DNA of 64,000 nt, taken from NCBI GenBank assembly GCA_013265495.1, contig MU059881.1, positions 1 to 64,000 on the forward strand, given 5' to 3'. Made by a program: the position numbers and the translations under genes. This document shows positions 49,201 to 60,141 of this stretch, piece by piece. Within the stretch, counting starts at the first letter, position 1, and the number at the start of each line of letters is the position of its first letter. Below the pieces are notes generated by a model. The model was not told the origin of the DNA, did not search any database, and was given only the letters and a program-made list of their open reading frames with translations. Source of the stretch: Vicugna vicugna. Taxonomy: Eukaryota.

Positions 49201-52200
49201 ACCCAGCCTGCCTGAGGCTCTGGGGGGAGATGAGAGGTTGCTGCCCACACTTCTGCAGGGCCTAGGTGTCCTCACTGCAGCCACTGCCCCCACGTGTAGC
49301 CACCAGGGTTGGGATTAATTATAATCGGCTATAATCAGTGGTATAATCAGCGCTGTGTTCCTGTCGTACCTGGGCCTGGCGCCCCACATGCAGGCGGCGT
49401 TGCCCCCTCGCAGAGGCTCTGGCACCGCCGGCCTGGGGCTCACCCCTCGCAGCTCCAGCAGGTCCAGTCACTCTAAAGCTGGCTGGCTTTGCGGCCTGGT
49501 GTTTACTGCCCGAATCATGCAGTGTTGCATCTGTACTTAAATCTGTCTTCACTCAAGAAGAGGGGTCGGAGGGGTGGGCACCCACGGCTTCTCTCCGCTT
49601 CCAGCATCCAGGGTGCCGCAGCTGGTGGAGCCCGTGCTCTGGGACTACGGTGCCGACCTGGACATCCATGCCAAGGGTCAGTGCCAGGCCCCTCCCGATT
49701 CTCTGCCCAGACAGGCGTGTTTTCTCCTGGGGCCCCGCCGGTCACATGTCTCATTTTCCCACACAGCCCTCCTCATGGAGAAGTACCGGAGGAGCGGCTT
49801 TTCCCAGCTGTGGGCTGCCAGCGCCTTCAAGGGGGCCACGGGGGCCAGCCAGGCCCTGACCCCAATCGAGCACCACCTCCGGAACCACATGCAGTGGCTG
49901 CGGGTGGCGGGTGGCGTGCCGGTGGGCTCGCTGAGGGGCATCGTCCTGACCGGCTGGCAGAGGTGCGGCCACGCGGGCCCCAGGGATGCCCTTGGGCCCA
50001 GCCTGGCCCAGGAGGGTGGAAGTGGCCCCGGTTCCCTGGGGCACACAGCCCTCCTCAGCCCATCCAGAGTGGCCTTCCTGTGTTCGGTCAAGGGGAAACA
50101 GCTGGCACTCCAAGGAGGGTGCGGGAGGAGCCTGGGCCCTGAGGACCCACTGCACAGAACAAGCCGCAGTGGCTGGTGCCCAAACATCTGCTGTGCTGAG
50201 CGCCCTCTCCATGCACGTAGGTACGACCACTTCTCCGTGCTGTGTGAGCTGCTGCCCGTGGGCATCCCGTCCCTGGCTGTCTGTCTGCAGGCACTCTTAC
50301 ATGGTATGGACTCCCTGCTCCTCCCAGGAAGTCAGGAGGGCAGAAGGCACAGAGCCAAGCACTCGGTGCCCCCAAACACCACCACCCTGGGGCTGGACAG
50401 TGGTCTTCCAGCCAGTGAGGGAGGCACCCACGGCCCCGGCTCAGCCAGCCGCCCCCCTACCCCACCCCACTGCAGCCTAAACCCAAGACAGGCCAAGTCA
50501 GGGGGCCGGGCCCCTCAGCAAACCCACACAAAAATGCCTTGTGGATGGGGTACGGGAAAGGGTCCGCCTTTGCTGTCTAAACATGCTGAATGCCTAGTGC
50601 TGGCGGGTGTGGAGTTGGCACCAGCAGCCCTGGGGGGCAGCACCCCCACTCCTGGTTCTTGGGGGAGCAGCCAGGTGCGGGCAGAGGTGCTCGGGGCGCG
50701 TTGCTTAGAGCCTTGAGGAGAAGAGCCGGTGGGGAGGGTGGGGAGGCCCTGGGCACACGGACGGCGTTCGTCACACTGGGACCAGGTAGGAATTTGAAGG
50801 ACACCGGAGTGGTGTTGGCGCAGGAGGACCCCGAGATGCCGAGCCAGAGGGCGGGGAGGCAGGCACAGGACTGGTGTCTTCTTAAGTATTGGTTCTAAAC
50901 TGCGGGGGAAAGACCAGACGCCCGCCTTCTCGTAGCGCCGGGCCTCGGCGCCCCTCCCCGCAGGGAGCCTTGGCTAGCAGCATGTCACCCACACCAGCTT
51001 GGAGGTGCTTCCATGTCACCTGCAACTCGCAGTCGTCCCGATGCTCTGGGGGCTTCAGCGCGGAACAAACCCCAGCTGCAGACGGCGCGTGTCACCTGGG
51101 TGGGTGGCACCGGAGGGCGGAGGGCTCGCCCTGCGGTGTCTCGGCATCTCCGCGTGGTCTTGTTTTCTCGTTGCTCGTGGGACACATTTTCACACGGGCT
51201 CGCGCCTCCCTGCCGTCCTGGGGGCGGCACGTGCCCGACTGGGCCTGGCCCGCTGTCCCCCGGTGGTGTGCACACCACCACGGCCGAGGGCCTGGAGGTC
51301 CAGCCGGCACGGGGCCTGGGCCCGTCCTCCTTCAGAGGCCCCTCTGACCACCGAATGTGGTCGGTTTCAGGAGGCTTTGCTGAAAACGTTAAAGCCAGAG
51401 TGGAGAAGCTTCTCGGGATCCCAAGCCTGGAGATGATGGATTTTGCGAGGTAACCCCTCACCGCAGCCCTGCCTCTCCCCTCCCGGTCGGACCCGTCCTC
51501 AGCTTGGCGTTCTCTGTGCAGCGAGGGGGCCGGCTCTTTCCCGGGCAGCGACATCCTGGCCCTCGTCACCCAAGTCAGCCTGCACCTGCGCAGCTCCGTG
51601 GACGCGCTGCTGGAGAGGGACAGGTGAGTGGCCAGGGTAGCAGGCCCCCACAGACGGCCATCCTGCAAGAGGACTTTCTGGGGGGAACCACTCTTTCAAA
51701 ACACTACCAGATTTTCAGGTCTTATTGGACCACGACGGAGGCTGCCCTGCAAGCCCCACACGCCCAGCTGTGTGTGGACTTGCCCCCAGGTACGTGACGG
51801 GCTGGTTCAGCCCCTACCATCGCAGGCGGAAGCTCATCCACCCCGTCGTGATCCAGCACATCCAGCCGCAGGCGCTCAGGTACGGCACCCGCCCGGTGCC
51901 CACCCTGCGGCTGCTCACGCCCCGCTGCAGCCAGCAGCTTTCCCACGAGCTCTCTAGGTATCAGCCGTGGGTTCCCAGGTGACTCACCTGATCGGCTGTG
52001 CCCTTAGGTGTCCAAGCACCTAGGGCATTCCTGCCTGAGTGGTGGGGTCACCCAACACCCTGAGCAGGGTCCAGGGCTCAGTGTAGAACCAGGCTGCCTG
52101 GGGCTGATCCCAGCCCCACTGCTGTGTGTCACCCTGGGGACAGGGGCCCAGCCAGCCCTCCCTCCGCTCCTGGCTCTGAGCTGAGGCTGGCAGACTCCCC

Positions 52201-52748
52201 ACTGAGCGTAAAATGCAGGCAGCTGTCATCAGGTCCCTGCACCAAGAGAAACCCCTCCAGCCAGGCGTGGGTGCCTTCCAGTGTCAGAGATCAACCACGA
52301 CAGTCAAGTCAGTCACTCCCAACAGCCCCATGCATCTGGCGTGCACAGCCCCGTTTTAAGGATGGGTGAAGCTGGGGCTCAGGACGTACTGGCCCAGAGG
52401 TTGCTCAGGACAGGAATATAGCACATAGGCCGTGAGCTATGCCCAGGGTACTCGCCAGGCGGGCTCACCGCCGTCCTGGTCCTCAGTCTCCTGACCAGGT
52501 GGAGCGCCCTCCGGGGGGAGCTGGAGGCCGCCCTGCTGCGTGTCTTCTACCCGGACGCGGTGGAGGAATGGCTGGAGGAGAACGTGCAGCCCAGCCTGCA
52601 GCGGCTGCAGACTCTGCTGGAGGACCTTGGTGAGGCAGCTGGCCTGGGCGGGACGCAGGCCAGGCCCCCTGCGGGGAGTGCCGAGCCCGGGCTGGTGGCC
52701 TCTCTGCCCTTGTCCAGCTGCCCCCGGCCCAGCACACACTCCTGCTGA
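37272..52748 (+). CDS. HEXD: Hexosaminidase D (glycoside hydrolase family 20), 504 aa, 12 coding exons
   Basis: Exons (+): 37272-37355, 41928-42037, 43886-43973, 47387-47551, 48621-48804, 49605-49676, 49767-49962, 50221-50303, 51371-51449, 51522-51623, 51790-51879, 52487-52748. All introns are GT-AG and the total is 1515 nt in frame. Protein contains [31 protein letters not shown], the GH20 catalytic HIGCDE, LVWDDML and LTGWQRYDH. Confidence 0.96.
37625..38012 (+). mobile_element. MLT1-family (MaLR) solo LTR
   Basis: Diagnostic text ggccctgctaacacctagatttgggacttctgcctccagaactgtggcagaataaactcttatcgtttgaagccacc. Confidence 0.85.
38020..38971 (+). mobile_element. Degraded L1M ORF1 region (continues at about 39636-39780, beyond the RPL10 insert)
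   Basis: The translated remnant [13 protein letters not shown] resembles L1 ORF1p LSLQIERAHxVPG. The right-hand segment caaggattttgtatccagccaaactg...gtataaaggc is the next collinear part of ORF1. Confidence 0.6.
38972..39450 (-). pseudogene. RPL10: RPL10 partial pseudogene: 3' end of intron 5, exon 6, retained intron 6, exon 7, 3'UTR and A7 tail
   Basis: Minus strand: acceptor ctAG (39402-39403); exon 6 39258-39401 (RLQTG...GTVAR...[11 protein letters not shown], with a frameshifting deletion of about 19 nt); 83-nt GT-AG intron 39175-39257; exon 7 from 39174 ([20 protein letters not shown]); degenerate poly(A) signal; T7 on + at 38972-38978. Confidence 0.88.
39451..39581 (-). ncRNA. SNORA70: Degenerate box H/ACA snoRNA SNORA70 (U70) retrocopy
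   Basis: The minus strand reads gcagccagttaagcc...ctgcaaacagcagc...tgcagcctg...ctaagggacc..ggacacggc, matching recalled SNORA70. H box ACAGCA at 39514-39519, ACA box at 39454-39456. It lies upstream of RPL10 exon 6, as in the native host gene. Confidence 0.8.
39606..39635 (+). repeat. Telomere-like hexamer run
   Basis: TAAGGG TCAGGG TCAGGG TTAGGG TCGGGA. Confidence 0.6.
40437..40668. mobile_element. Tc1/mariner Tigger2-family MITE (MER8-like)
   Basis: 19-bp terminal inverted repeats CAGGTGACCCTTGAACAAC (40437-40455) and GTTGTTCAAGGGCCAACTG (40650-40668), 17/19 complementary; 232 bp, non-coding. Confidence 0.8.
42209..42345 (+). mobile_element. tRNA-derived SINE (camelid Vic-1-like)
   Basis: GGGGAGGGTGCAGCTCGGGGGTGGAGCGTGTGCTTAGCAGGCACGAGGTCC...GGTTCCATCCCCAGCACCTC with A/B-box remnants and an (AATA)n/A-rich tail; 7-bp internal duplication CGAGGTC x2. 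Confidence 0.8.
45188..45290 (-). mobile_element. MLT1 LTR fragment
   Basis: gcttaaaccacagaagtgtgttctctcatggtctgcaggacagaagtccagagtcaaggtgtcagcagggcc is the reverse MLT1 end. Confidence 0.7.
45340..47080 (-). mobile_element. Degraded antisense L1 (ORF1 and ORF2 remnants) in HEXD intron 4
   Basis: ORF 45786-46508(-) contains ORF2-like [20 protein letters not shown] and ORF1-like coiled-coil text; ORF 44987-45481(-) contains [20 protein letters not shown]. Confidence 0.8.
48115..48440 (-). mobile_element. L1MB-like 3' end fragment
   Basis: gtaaaatacacagaacatagaatttaccattgtaaccacttc is the reverse L1M 3' terminus. Confidence 0.65.
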
Positions 52749-52822
52749 CCGGTGGCCCTGGGAAGAAAACAGCTTGGGGGGAAAAGGCACACCAGGCCTG
52801 TTTTGTGGTCAGCATGTAGAAC

Positions 52823-52828
52823 TTTAAT
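52823..52828 (-). terminator. CYBC1 distal poly(A) signal (ATTAAA)
   Basis: TTTAAT on +; preceded on - by a U-rich tract. A second ATTAAA(-) lies at 53515-53520. Confidence 0.6.
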
Positions 52829-52836
52829 TCCTTTGA

Positions 52837-52842
52837 AATAAA
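52837..52842 (+). terminator. HEXD poly(A) signal
   Basis: AATAAA about 90 nt after the HEXD stop. Confidence 0.75.
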
Positions 52843-54223
52843 AAGGAGTAGAAGCCAAAAATGCCACTGACAAAGATCTGAAGGACTCCAGCACCACCCC
52901 AGCTCCCACTGGTGGCAGCTGGGCCCTGACCATGGCCAGAGATCCTCCTTTCTCACCCAACCCAGCCCTGCGGGAGGGGAGCCGCCAAACACCCTCCCCC
53001 TGGTCTCAGGGCCTCTTCCAGCCCAGGGGCGAACACACTAGAAACAAAATACAGCGTTCCACACTTCTGTAGAAAAAGAATTTGAGATTCAACCACTTAA
53101 AAACCTAACCGGCATGTTTAAGTGACCATGTCCCCAAACCAAGGGCTGGCTGGCAGCGACCCCAAGAAGGGAAGGCTCCTTTCTCTCAAGTTCCCCAGAA
53201 GTCGCGGTCTCTGGCCCAGGCAACCTCAGAACCTGCTCCACCCGCCATTCCCGGGGGGCACAGCCTCACAGGCACCATGCAGGGGTGCTCTGGGCTCACG
53301 CTGAACCTGAGGGACCGACCTGGGTCCAGGGAAGTGGGAGAAAACCAGTGGTGCAGGCAGGGGTCAGCCTCCACGGGGGTGGCTGTAGCTGGCGGCCCAG
53401 GCCCTGCTGAAGGGCAGCCGTGAGCCTGGCCCATCCTGGCCGCGCACAAACAGGCCCAGCCGCCAGGGCTCCCAAGAAGCTGGGGATCTGGTTTCTGAGG
53501 GGAGGATCCCGCTTTTTAATGCTGCACGAGCCTAGAAAACCTGCCTCTGCTATCTGCTAAGGTGGGGGCAGGAGGTTACCCTCCCCATGAGAAGCTGGCT
53601 GCAGCCCTGGTTGAACCTGAGACGAGGCCCCAGTGTGGACAGCGGTCTGCAGGCTGGGGAGGCCTTGGGAGTGGCTTCCGCAGAGCAACCAGGTGGGACC
53701 CTGGGCATCCATCCTAAGCCCCAGCAGCTCAGGGGCCAGCACCTCCCTGAGGACGTCCAGCAAGGGAGGTGATGGGCATGGGGGGCAGGGCAGGAGACCT
53801 GAGGACTCCCAAGGACGGCGTCCTCAGAGCCGGACCAGCTGCTGGCCCCGCTGCCGCCTGCTGAAACCTCATGGCGCCCTGGGAGCTGACTTCCTGCTCA
53901 GAGAGCTCAGCCCTGGGCCTCACGCCCTGGGCCCCTGGGTGTCCTTCCTTCCCGTTTCAGAGGCTTGAGCCCCACACGGCTAAGGGCCTGTCCAGACCAG
54001 GCCACGCTGCCCCAGCAGACTGTCTGATTCCAGGAGGAGGCCTGTGCCCTCCCTGGACACCTTGGAGCCTGCAGAGAAGGTCCTGCTGTGCAAGCAGCTG
54101 AGGGTTCTGCCCGGCGACTCCTGGGGACATGGCTGGGAGATGAGGAGTGAGACGCGCAGGTGGCCTGTCAGGCCTGCTGAGGCACCGTCAGAACCGAGGC
54201 GCGGTCGGGGGGCTCCGGGGGCG

Positions 54224-57200
54224 TCAGCTCTGGTTCCCAGGGTCGTCAGCCTCGCTGTCACTGCTCTGAGACAGCTCTGCCGGACTCTCCAGACGGTGCA
54301 GCTCCAGAAAAGTAGCGATCAGTTTGGCGATGGCTTCCACGTCACTGGTCCAGGCCGGCCCGGGAGGAAGGGTGGGTGACCATGGCAGAAGTGCTGGCCA
54401 CCCCGCAATGGCCAGGGAGACCAAGCCAGTCTCGTCCTGGGCAACCTACATCCAGCATCTCCAGGGGTCTTCCCCCAACCCTAGCCCAGCCCTTTGACCC
54501 CACAGGGGGACCCCTGATGTCCTGTCTCCTGTGCCTGCGGGGACCCCTGACATCTCCCTAGCAGGTGGTGGCAGGCCTGCCCCACAGCCTCACCTCCCCC
54601 CGTTCCTCTGAGCTCTCTCTGCCCTGCGCACTGGGCAGTCTTGTGGGGCCACCTGGCTGGAGGTGAGGGGCACAGGTGGGCAGCCCTGGGCCATCAGGTC
54701 ACCCACCCTCGCTTACCTGCGGTGGCCCATGACAGCGCTCTGGGTGAGGGGGTGGGAGAAGCCCGTGGCAAACCGAAGCACCACCACATAGCCCTTCCCG
54801 AAATAGCGGACCTTCTCTTCCTCCACGTTCACATCCCGGATGTCGCTGAGCAGGACCACCACTGCGGGCAGGGCCAGGTCGGGGACCATGTTCCCCCCGC
54901 CCCGCCCCTCTCGCCTATGTGCTGGCAGTGACTTCAGGGCCATGAGGGATCGAGTCACGCCAGCCATGAAGCAGAAAACGTGCCAGTCCGTGTCTGAGGC
55001 TGGGCCCCAGAGGACGCCAAGACCCTGACCTTAGATGTCACAGGTCAGTGACTGCAGTGCAGGATCAGTTAACATCCCGTCTGGGTAAGAAGGAAGGTCC
55101 CGAACACCCATGTTCCCCCTAGAAAGCCCGCTTCTTTTCCCGCAAGGGTCTAACAGGTCAGGGAGCGTGGGCTTCCTGCTTCATCTCCCCCAGAGGCTGG
55201 AAAGTGCCTTCCTGGTCTCAAGTGGCTAGTCACTGAGCTGAGGCTGCCCAGCAACTTCCTCTGGCCTGGGCAGGTCCAGGGCACACAGCGTCCACGAGGC
55301 AGGACACAACCTGGGTCACCAAGCGGCCAGCTGGAGCCCAGCCGGTGTCCAGGCCTCAGGCCGGGTCCCTGCCATCACAGCCGGGCATGTGCACCCTGTG
55401 TCCTGTCCCGATACCTCACCTTGGTCGTGGCCTGCTCTGCACAGGGTCAGCAGCTTCTTGTACAAGCTGAACGTCTTCAGCACCACCTTCCCAGTGCTCT
55501 TGTTGAAGACAACTTCCTACAACACCGGCCAGAGGTGGTCACCTGGCTGCTGGCCTGGGAGCCAGCCTGACACACAGACCTCGCAGACTGCGTCCCCACC
55601 CTCATCAGCACAAACTCTCAAGGAGCCATCCCACCCATTCCAGTCAGAACCCCAGGACCCCGCAGCCTGATCCCTCCACGGGCCAGGGCGAGACAAAGAG
55701 GGACACTCTTTCACACAAGAAAGAGAAGAAGTGAGTGCAGCGAGCAGGGCGTTAAATGTGGGATGGAGGCCGGGGGATGGAATGCAGCGCAGGCCAGGCG
55801 GCTCGAAGGACACGCGAAGGGGGACAAGAGTGGTGAGGGAGGCGGACCTGCCCTTCTATTTCACTAGAAATTCTAGAATGACAGCTTCAGCGGGGTCGTT
55901 GGCCCAGAGCTGCTCACAGACAGGCGACGTCTGGGGCCGAGTCCGGCCAGCAGAGCCCACCGAGCTCAAGTCTCAGGCTGGGGGCCCGAGGCCCCTGGGG
56001 CCTTTCTTCCTGCATTGATCCCCATGCAAGGAAGCCCGGAGCCCAGCACCCTTCCTGCACGGCCTCACCTCCCAGTCCTCCAGGTTCTGCACAGCCACGA
56101 ACAAGCAGCCTGTGACGTAGAAGAGCTTCCAGCCCAGACTGTCTGGGGAGCAGACACAGGAGACAGCGGGTGAGGGACAGCAGCAGAGGGGCAAAGGCCA
56201 ACGTGCCCACAGGGGTGCCTCCACCCCTCCCCAGCATGACCACTTCTCAGACACTGGGCCAGAGTGGCATCTGGGGGCCCAGCCACCTGCCCACACCTGC
56301 AAAGATCCCCCCACAAGGCCCCACTGCACTGCGGGCCCTGCCTGTCACTCAGGACGTGCTCCGCCAGCTCTGCCCTCAGCTCCCCTGGGCGTCTACCCAG
56401 GGTGCCCATCACAGCCTGGTCTGTGACAGCAGGAAGGTGGGAATGCTCACAGGGAACGGCTGAAAGAACAGATCGTCCCAGCAACGGAATCTGAGGCAGA
56501 CATGAGCGTTTCTGAAGGATGTTTTATAACAAGTAGAAATGCTGGAGATACGAGCCAAAAATGCAAACTGTGAGGGACAAACCAGCACATGGAGATGGGG
56601 CCGTGCCCTCAAACCAGAGAGGCAGGGGCAGTCAGTCCCCAAAGCCACGTCCTGGCAGACACAAATGTCGAGCTGCCTCCTTTTCTCTATTTTCCAGACA
56701 GCTGAGGAGGGTTCTGGGGGCAGATGAGCAGCTCACCTCCGCTGTAGTAGGCAGCAGCCAAGCCAATCGACAGGATTCCTGCAGGGAGAAAGCAGGCATC
56801 TTCCCACTGGGCCACCACCAGCCCAGGACCCACAGACCCTTCCCATTGCCAGGGACAGCTGAGGGCAGGGAGCAGGGGGCCAGGAGACACCGGGCTCGGA
56901 AGTGGGGGGAACAACCAGTAAGCTTGTTCAGGAGGATGCTCTACACGAGTCACGGTTCACTGGAGACACATCTACACGGAGCTCCAGGGCTGATGGGGGA
57001 ACCAGAAAGGGGAGCCTGACGTGGGTGTGAGTCAACAGCACACGGTGTGGAATGCAGGCAACACTGCAGGTGCAGAATCACAACCTGGCACCTGACACAG
57101 AGCAGGCAGGGTCACAGGAAAGAAGGACCAGAGACGGACTGCTGAAGGCACAGTGGCCCTCTCCTCACCCCTCGGATCAGTTAGTACAGGGCAGCTGCCG

Positions 57201-57648
57201 GGCGGTGTGGGGCCTCCAGTGGGTAGTGACATGGACAGAGGCCGGGGCCTCCCCCACTTACTCCTCACTGTCGCCCATCACATGGGCTCGAGAATAAATG
57301 AGACGCTGGGGACAAAGTGTATGAAAGCAAGCAAATGAGGAAGTAAGGGACCCCAGGAGTGCGTACAGGTGTCAACCAAGGGACAAAACAGACAGGTCAC
57401 CTGTAAAAACACGCACCTAGGATAAAAGTTGAAAGGATACAAAGAAGTTAAACCATTGCTATATTTTGGGTTAGTAGAACAGAACAAAAATTTAGTTTCA
57501 TTTTCATCTTTAGAATTTTTCAACTTAGAATTTTAACTTGAGAAGAAATATAGGCGTTCTTACCAACCAGCAGGGACCAGGACCTGATGCCCGGAGCCCT
57601 CTTCAGATGGAGGCGGGAGCTGGTGCGTGTCTCCACCTGCATGTACAT
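54224..57648 (-). CDS. CYBC1: Cytochrome b-245 chaperone 1 (EROS, C17orf62), 187 aa, 6 coding exons
   Basis: Exons (-): 57564-57648, 56737-56778, 56069-56142, 55420-55516, 54717-54861, 54224-54344; GT-AG introns, total 564 nt. Protein MYMQVETRTSSRLHLKRAPGIRSWSLLVG...SLGWKLFYVTGCLFVAVQNLEDWE...EEEKVRYFGKG...DDPGNQS, near-identical to recalled human EROS. Confidence 0.97.
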
Positions 57649-58399
57649 CCCTGGAACGTGCTGCCACCACTCTAGACAGGCGACCGCGGGCTGGGAGGGG
57701 CAGACACACAGACAGCTGGAGTCCTCGAGCCACTGCTCACAAGCACTCAGCTCCTCTCCAGGACAGGAAGCCGGGGCGCCCACCTGCAAGGCCCACACAG
57801 GCGCAGAAACCAATCAACCTGTATTGACCGCCGTCTCTGTGGTCAGGCAAGTCACTTAAACCCCTAGAGGCCCATTTCCTCTGTAAGGAAGGTCCTTCTC
57901 TGCTCAGCTTCAATGACTGCACTGGGGCTACGTCTCCTGCTCAGACTCCCAAAGTATCAACAAGCACTCGGTCATCGCCTGCGGCATCTGACCTGGAAAC
58001 CTCGGTCTCCTGAAAACCATTAGCCCCCAGCAGCCTTCACACTTCCGGCACCCTACCAGAACCTACCGGAACGCCCTAGTTCCCTGTGATGGCCTCCCGG
58101 AAGGGGAACTGAAAGTTCATCACGGTCTGAGTCTACTGGCACTGACCGAGAAAGTCAGCTCTGCGGTCTCCTCCAGCCGCCGAGACAACGGGCTACACCC
58201 AGCGGAGGGTCCGCAGGTCCCAGGGTATCTGCTGAGGGAAGGAGTCGCCAAGGGGGCCGATCTTGCACACGTGGAGAATTGTGCCCTGCAGCCTGCAATA
58301 CGCTCGAAACGCAGGCTCCAGGAATCCCGTTCTCGGCAGCCTTTCAGACAGCCCCTGTAAAGTCAGGTCAAATTTCTCACAGATGCGGGTTCAAGTCAC

Positions 58400-59155
58400 A
58401 AACGACGCCAGCCAGGATCCTGGGACGGCACCGGCTCCCTCTCCTCACATTTCTCATCTGTCCCCACGCGTGTCTCGGCCGCCCACGGGGCGAGGTCACG
58501 CCCCCGCCTGCCCCTGCGGCCACCGCTCGAGCCCCGCCGTCTCGCGCGCCAGGCCCCCGGGGCATCAACCCAGGCCAGGTCCCGAGATCGCGCTCCCGGA
58601 AGGACACCGGGACGTGGGAGCCGCTCCCAGCCCGCCCGGGGACCCCCGACGGCAGCATGGCCCCAGGCGCCTAACGCGGACACTAACCTGCGGGCATTGA
58701 CGCGGGGCGGGAGGGACCTCAGGGCCTCTGGACCTGCTGGCGGCTGACTTCCTGCCCTGGGGGCGGGCCGGCGCTAACTTCCGGACCCGCGGAGGCGGTT
58801 GGAATAGCCGGCTGCCGGGGGCGGGACTGAGCTGACTTCCGGACCCGAGATGAGGGAGGGGTGCGGATGGGTCAGCTGATTTCCGGGGCGGGACCAGGGC
58901 GGCGCTGACTTTCGGACCCGCAGGGGCGGACGGCACAGTTGACTTCCGGGGAGGAACCGGCACGGCGCTGACTTCCGGACCCGCGGGGGCAGATGGGACA
59001 GCTGAACTTCCGGGTCTGTCGTTAGCCCTGAAGCTGGGAAGACGAGCAAAGGTTCCCCCGCAGAGGCGCCTGCGAGCGGCAGAGGGCGCAGCGGCGGTCG
59101 GAGGGCAGGTCAGTGCCAGTGGCGGCCGCGTGGTGTCCGCGGAGGTAGGTGAGTT
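58400..59155 (-). promoter_or_regulatory. CYBC1 CpG-island promoter with tandem ETS/GC-box array
   Basis: CpG-dense; eight ACTTCC(G/T)G-like sites at 58747-59013; candidate first-exon donor CAG|GTTAGT on - at 58687. Confidence 0.8.
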
Positions 59156-59204
59156 ATACCTCGAAAAACCCGTTGAGAACAGTGGGAAAACGTCCGATAC
59201 TTAG

Positions 59205-59420
59205 CTAACCTAACAACAGACATGTGTGAACTTTATGGTAGATTCTTTAAAAACTTTACTGTGGAACACTAAAGTAGATATAAGATAGTTGTCCATGGAT
59301 TGGAAAATTACTGTAAAAATGTAAATTTTCCCAACTTGATCTACAGATTCAAAATACAAACCCAGTAAAAATGTCAACACGGAAAAAAAAAAACAATCTG
59401 AACAGTTCTGCAAGGCACCG
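59205..59420 (+). mobile_element. Old L1 ORF2 fragment
   Basis: ccatggattggaaaattactgtaaaaatgtaaattttcccaacttgatctacagattcaa resembles L1 ORF2. Confidence 0.7.
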
Positions 59421-59991
59421 TGGAGGAGGCTAGGGGGAAGCAGAGATACTTGACCCCCAAAAAAACTCACTGTCGCTGGGAAAACTAAACGTCCACTTGT
59501 TTGTGATGGCAGGTCTTCTGTTGCTCAGAAACTTGCCCCAGTGTCTGGGAAGGGGGTTGTAGTGGGAGAGACAAATTTTCTGCAGGAAAACCTTGCAGTA
59601 GATGCTGAAGAAGCCTCCCACTCTCTGCCTACCCCCACGGCCCCCAGATAAGGCCCAGAGCAGGACCCTAACTTGCCTTTCTGTTTCCCAGCAGGAGAAC
59701 CTCCATCTCCCAGCCACTGCCTATTGCAGTGGTCTCCAAAGTGGGATGGTCAGGATGGTCTGTGGAGTGCTGGAAGAACGTAATAGAGTTGCATTCATAC
59801 TTATTTTATCATTTTGTATCTATTTTTGTTTTATAGTTTGCGTAAGATTGATACACTGTGCATAATGTTACCTTATAAAGAAACATACATTCTTCAGTAT
59901 GCATAACCTTAGAAGTTTACCATTTAGGCACAGAATCAAAAACTTGGAGACAACTTTTCTACTTTGCCCATGTTCTTCAGATACTCTCCAC

Positions 59992-60141
59992 TAGTGGTTC
60001 CCAAACCTGAGCATGCACCAGAATCACCTGGCGGGCTTGCGGAAACACAGACTGTTGGGCCTGTTCCCAGCAGCGGGCAGGACCCGAAAATGCAGATGTG
60101 CTGATGCTGCTGGTCTGGGAATCACACTTTGACAACCTCTG
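59992..60141 (+). mobile_element. MER5A-like hAT-Charlie MITE
   Basis: agtggttcccaaacctgagcatgcaccagaatcacctgg...gctggtctgggaatcacactttgacaacctctg. Confidence 0.8.

Noticed and set aside
51450-51521. HEXD intron 10 (72 nt) as another in-frame retained intron
   Set aside because: It contains an in-frame TAA immediately after the donor.
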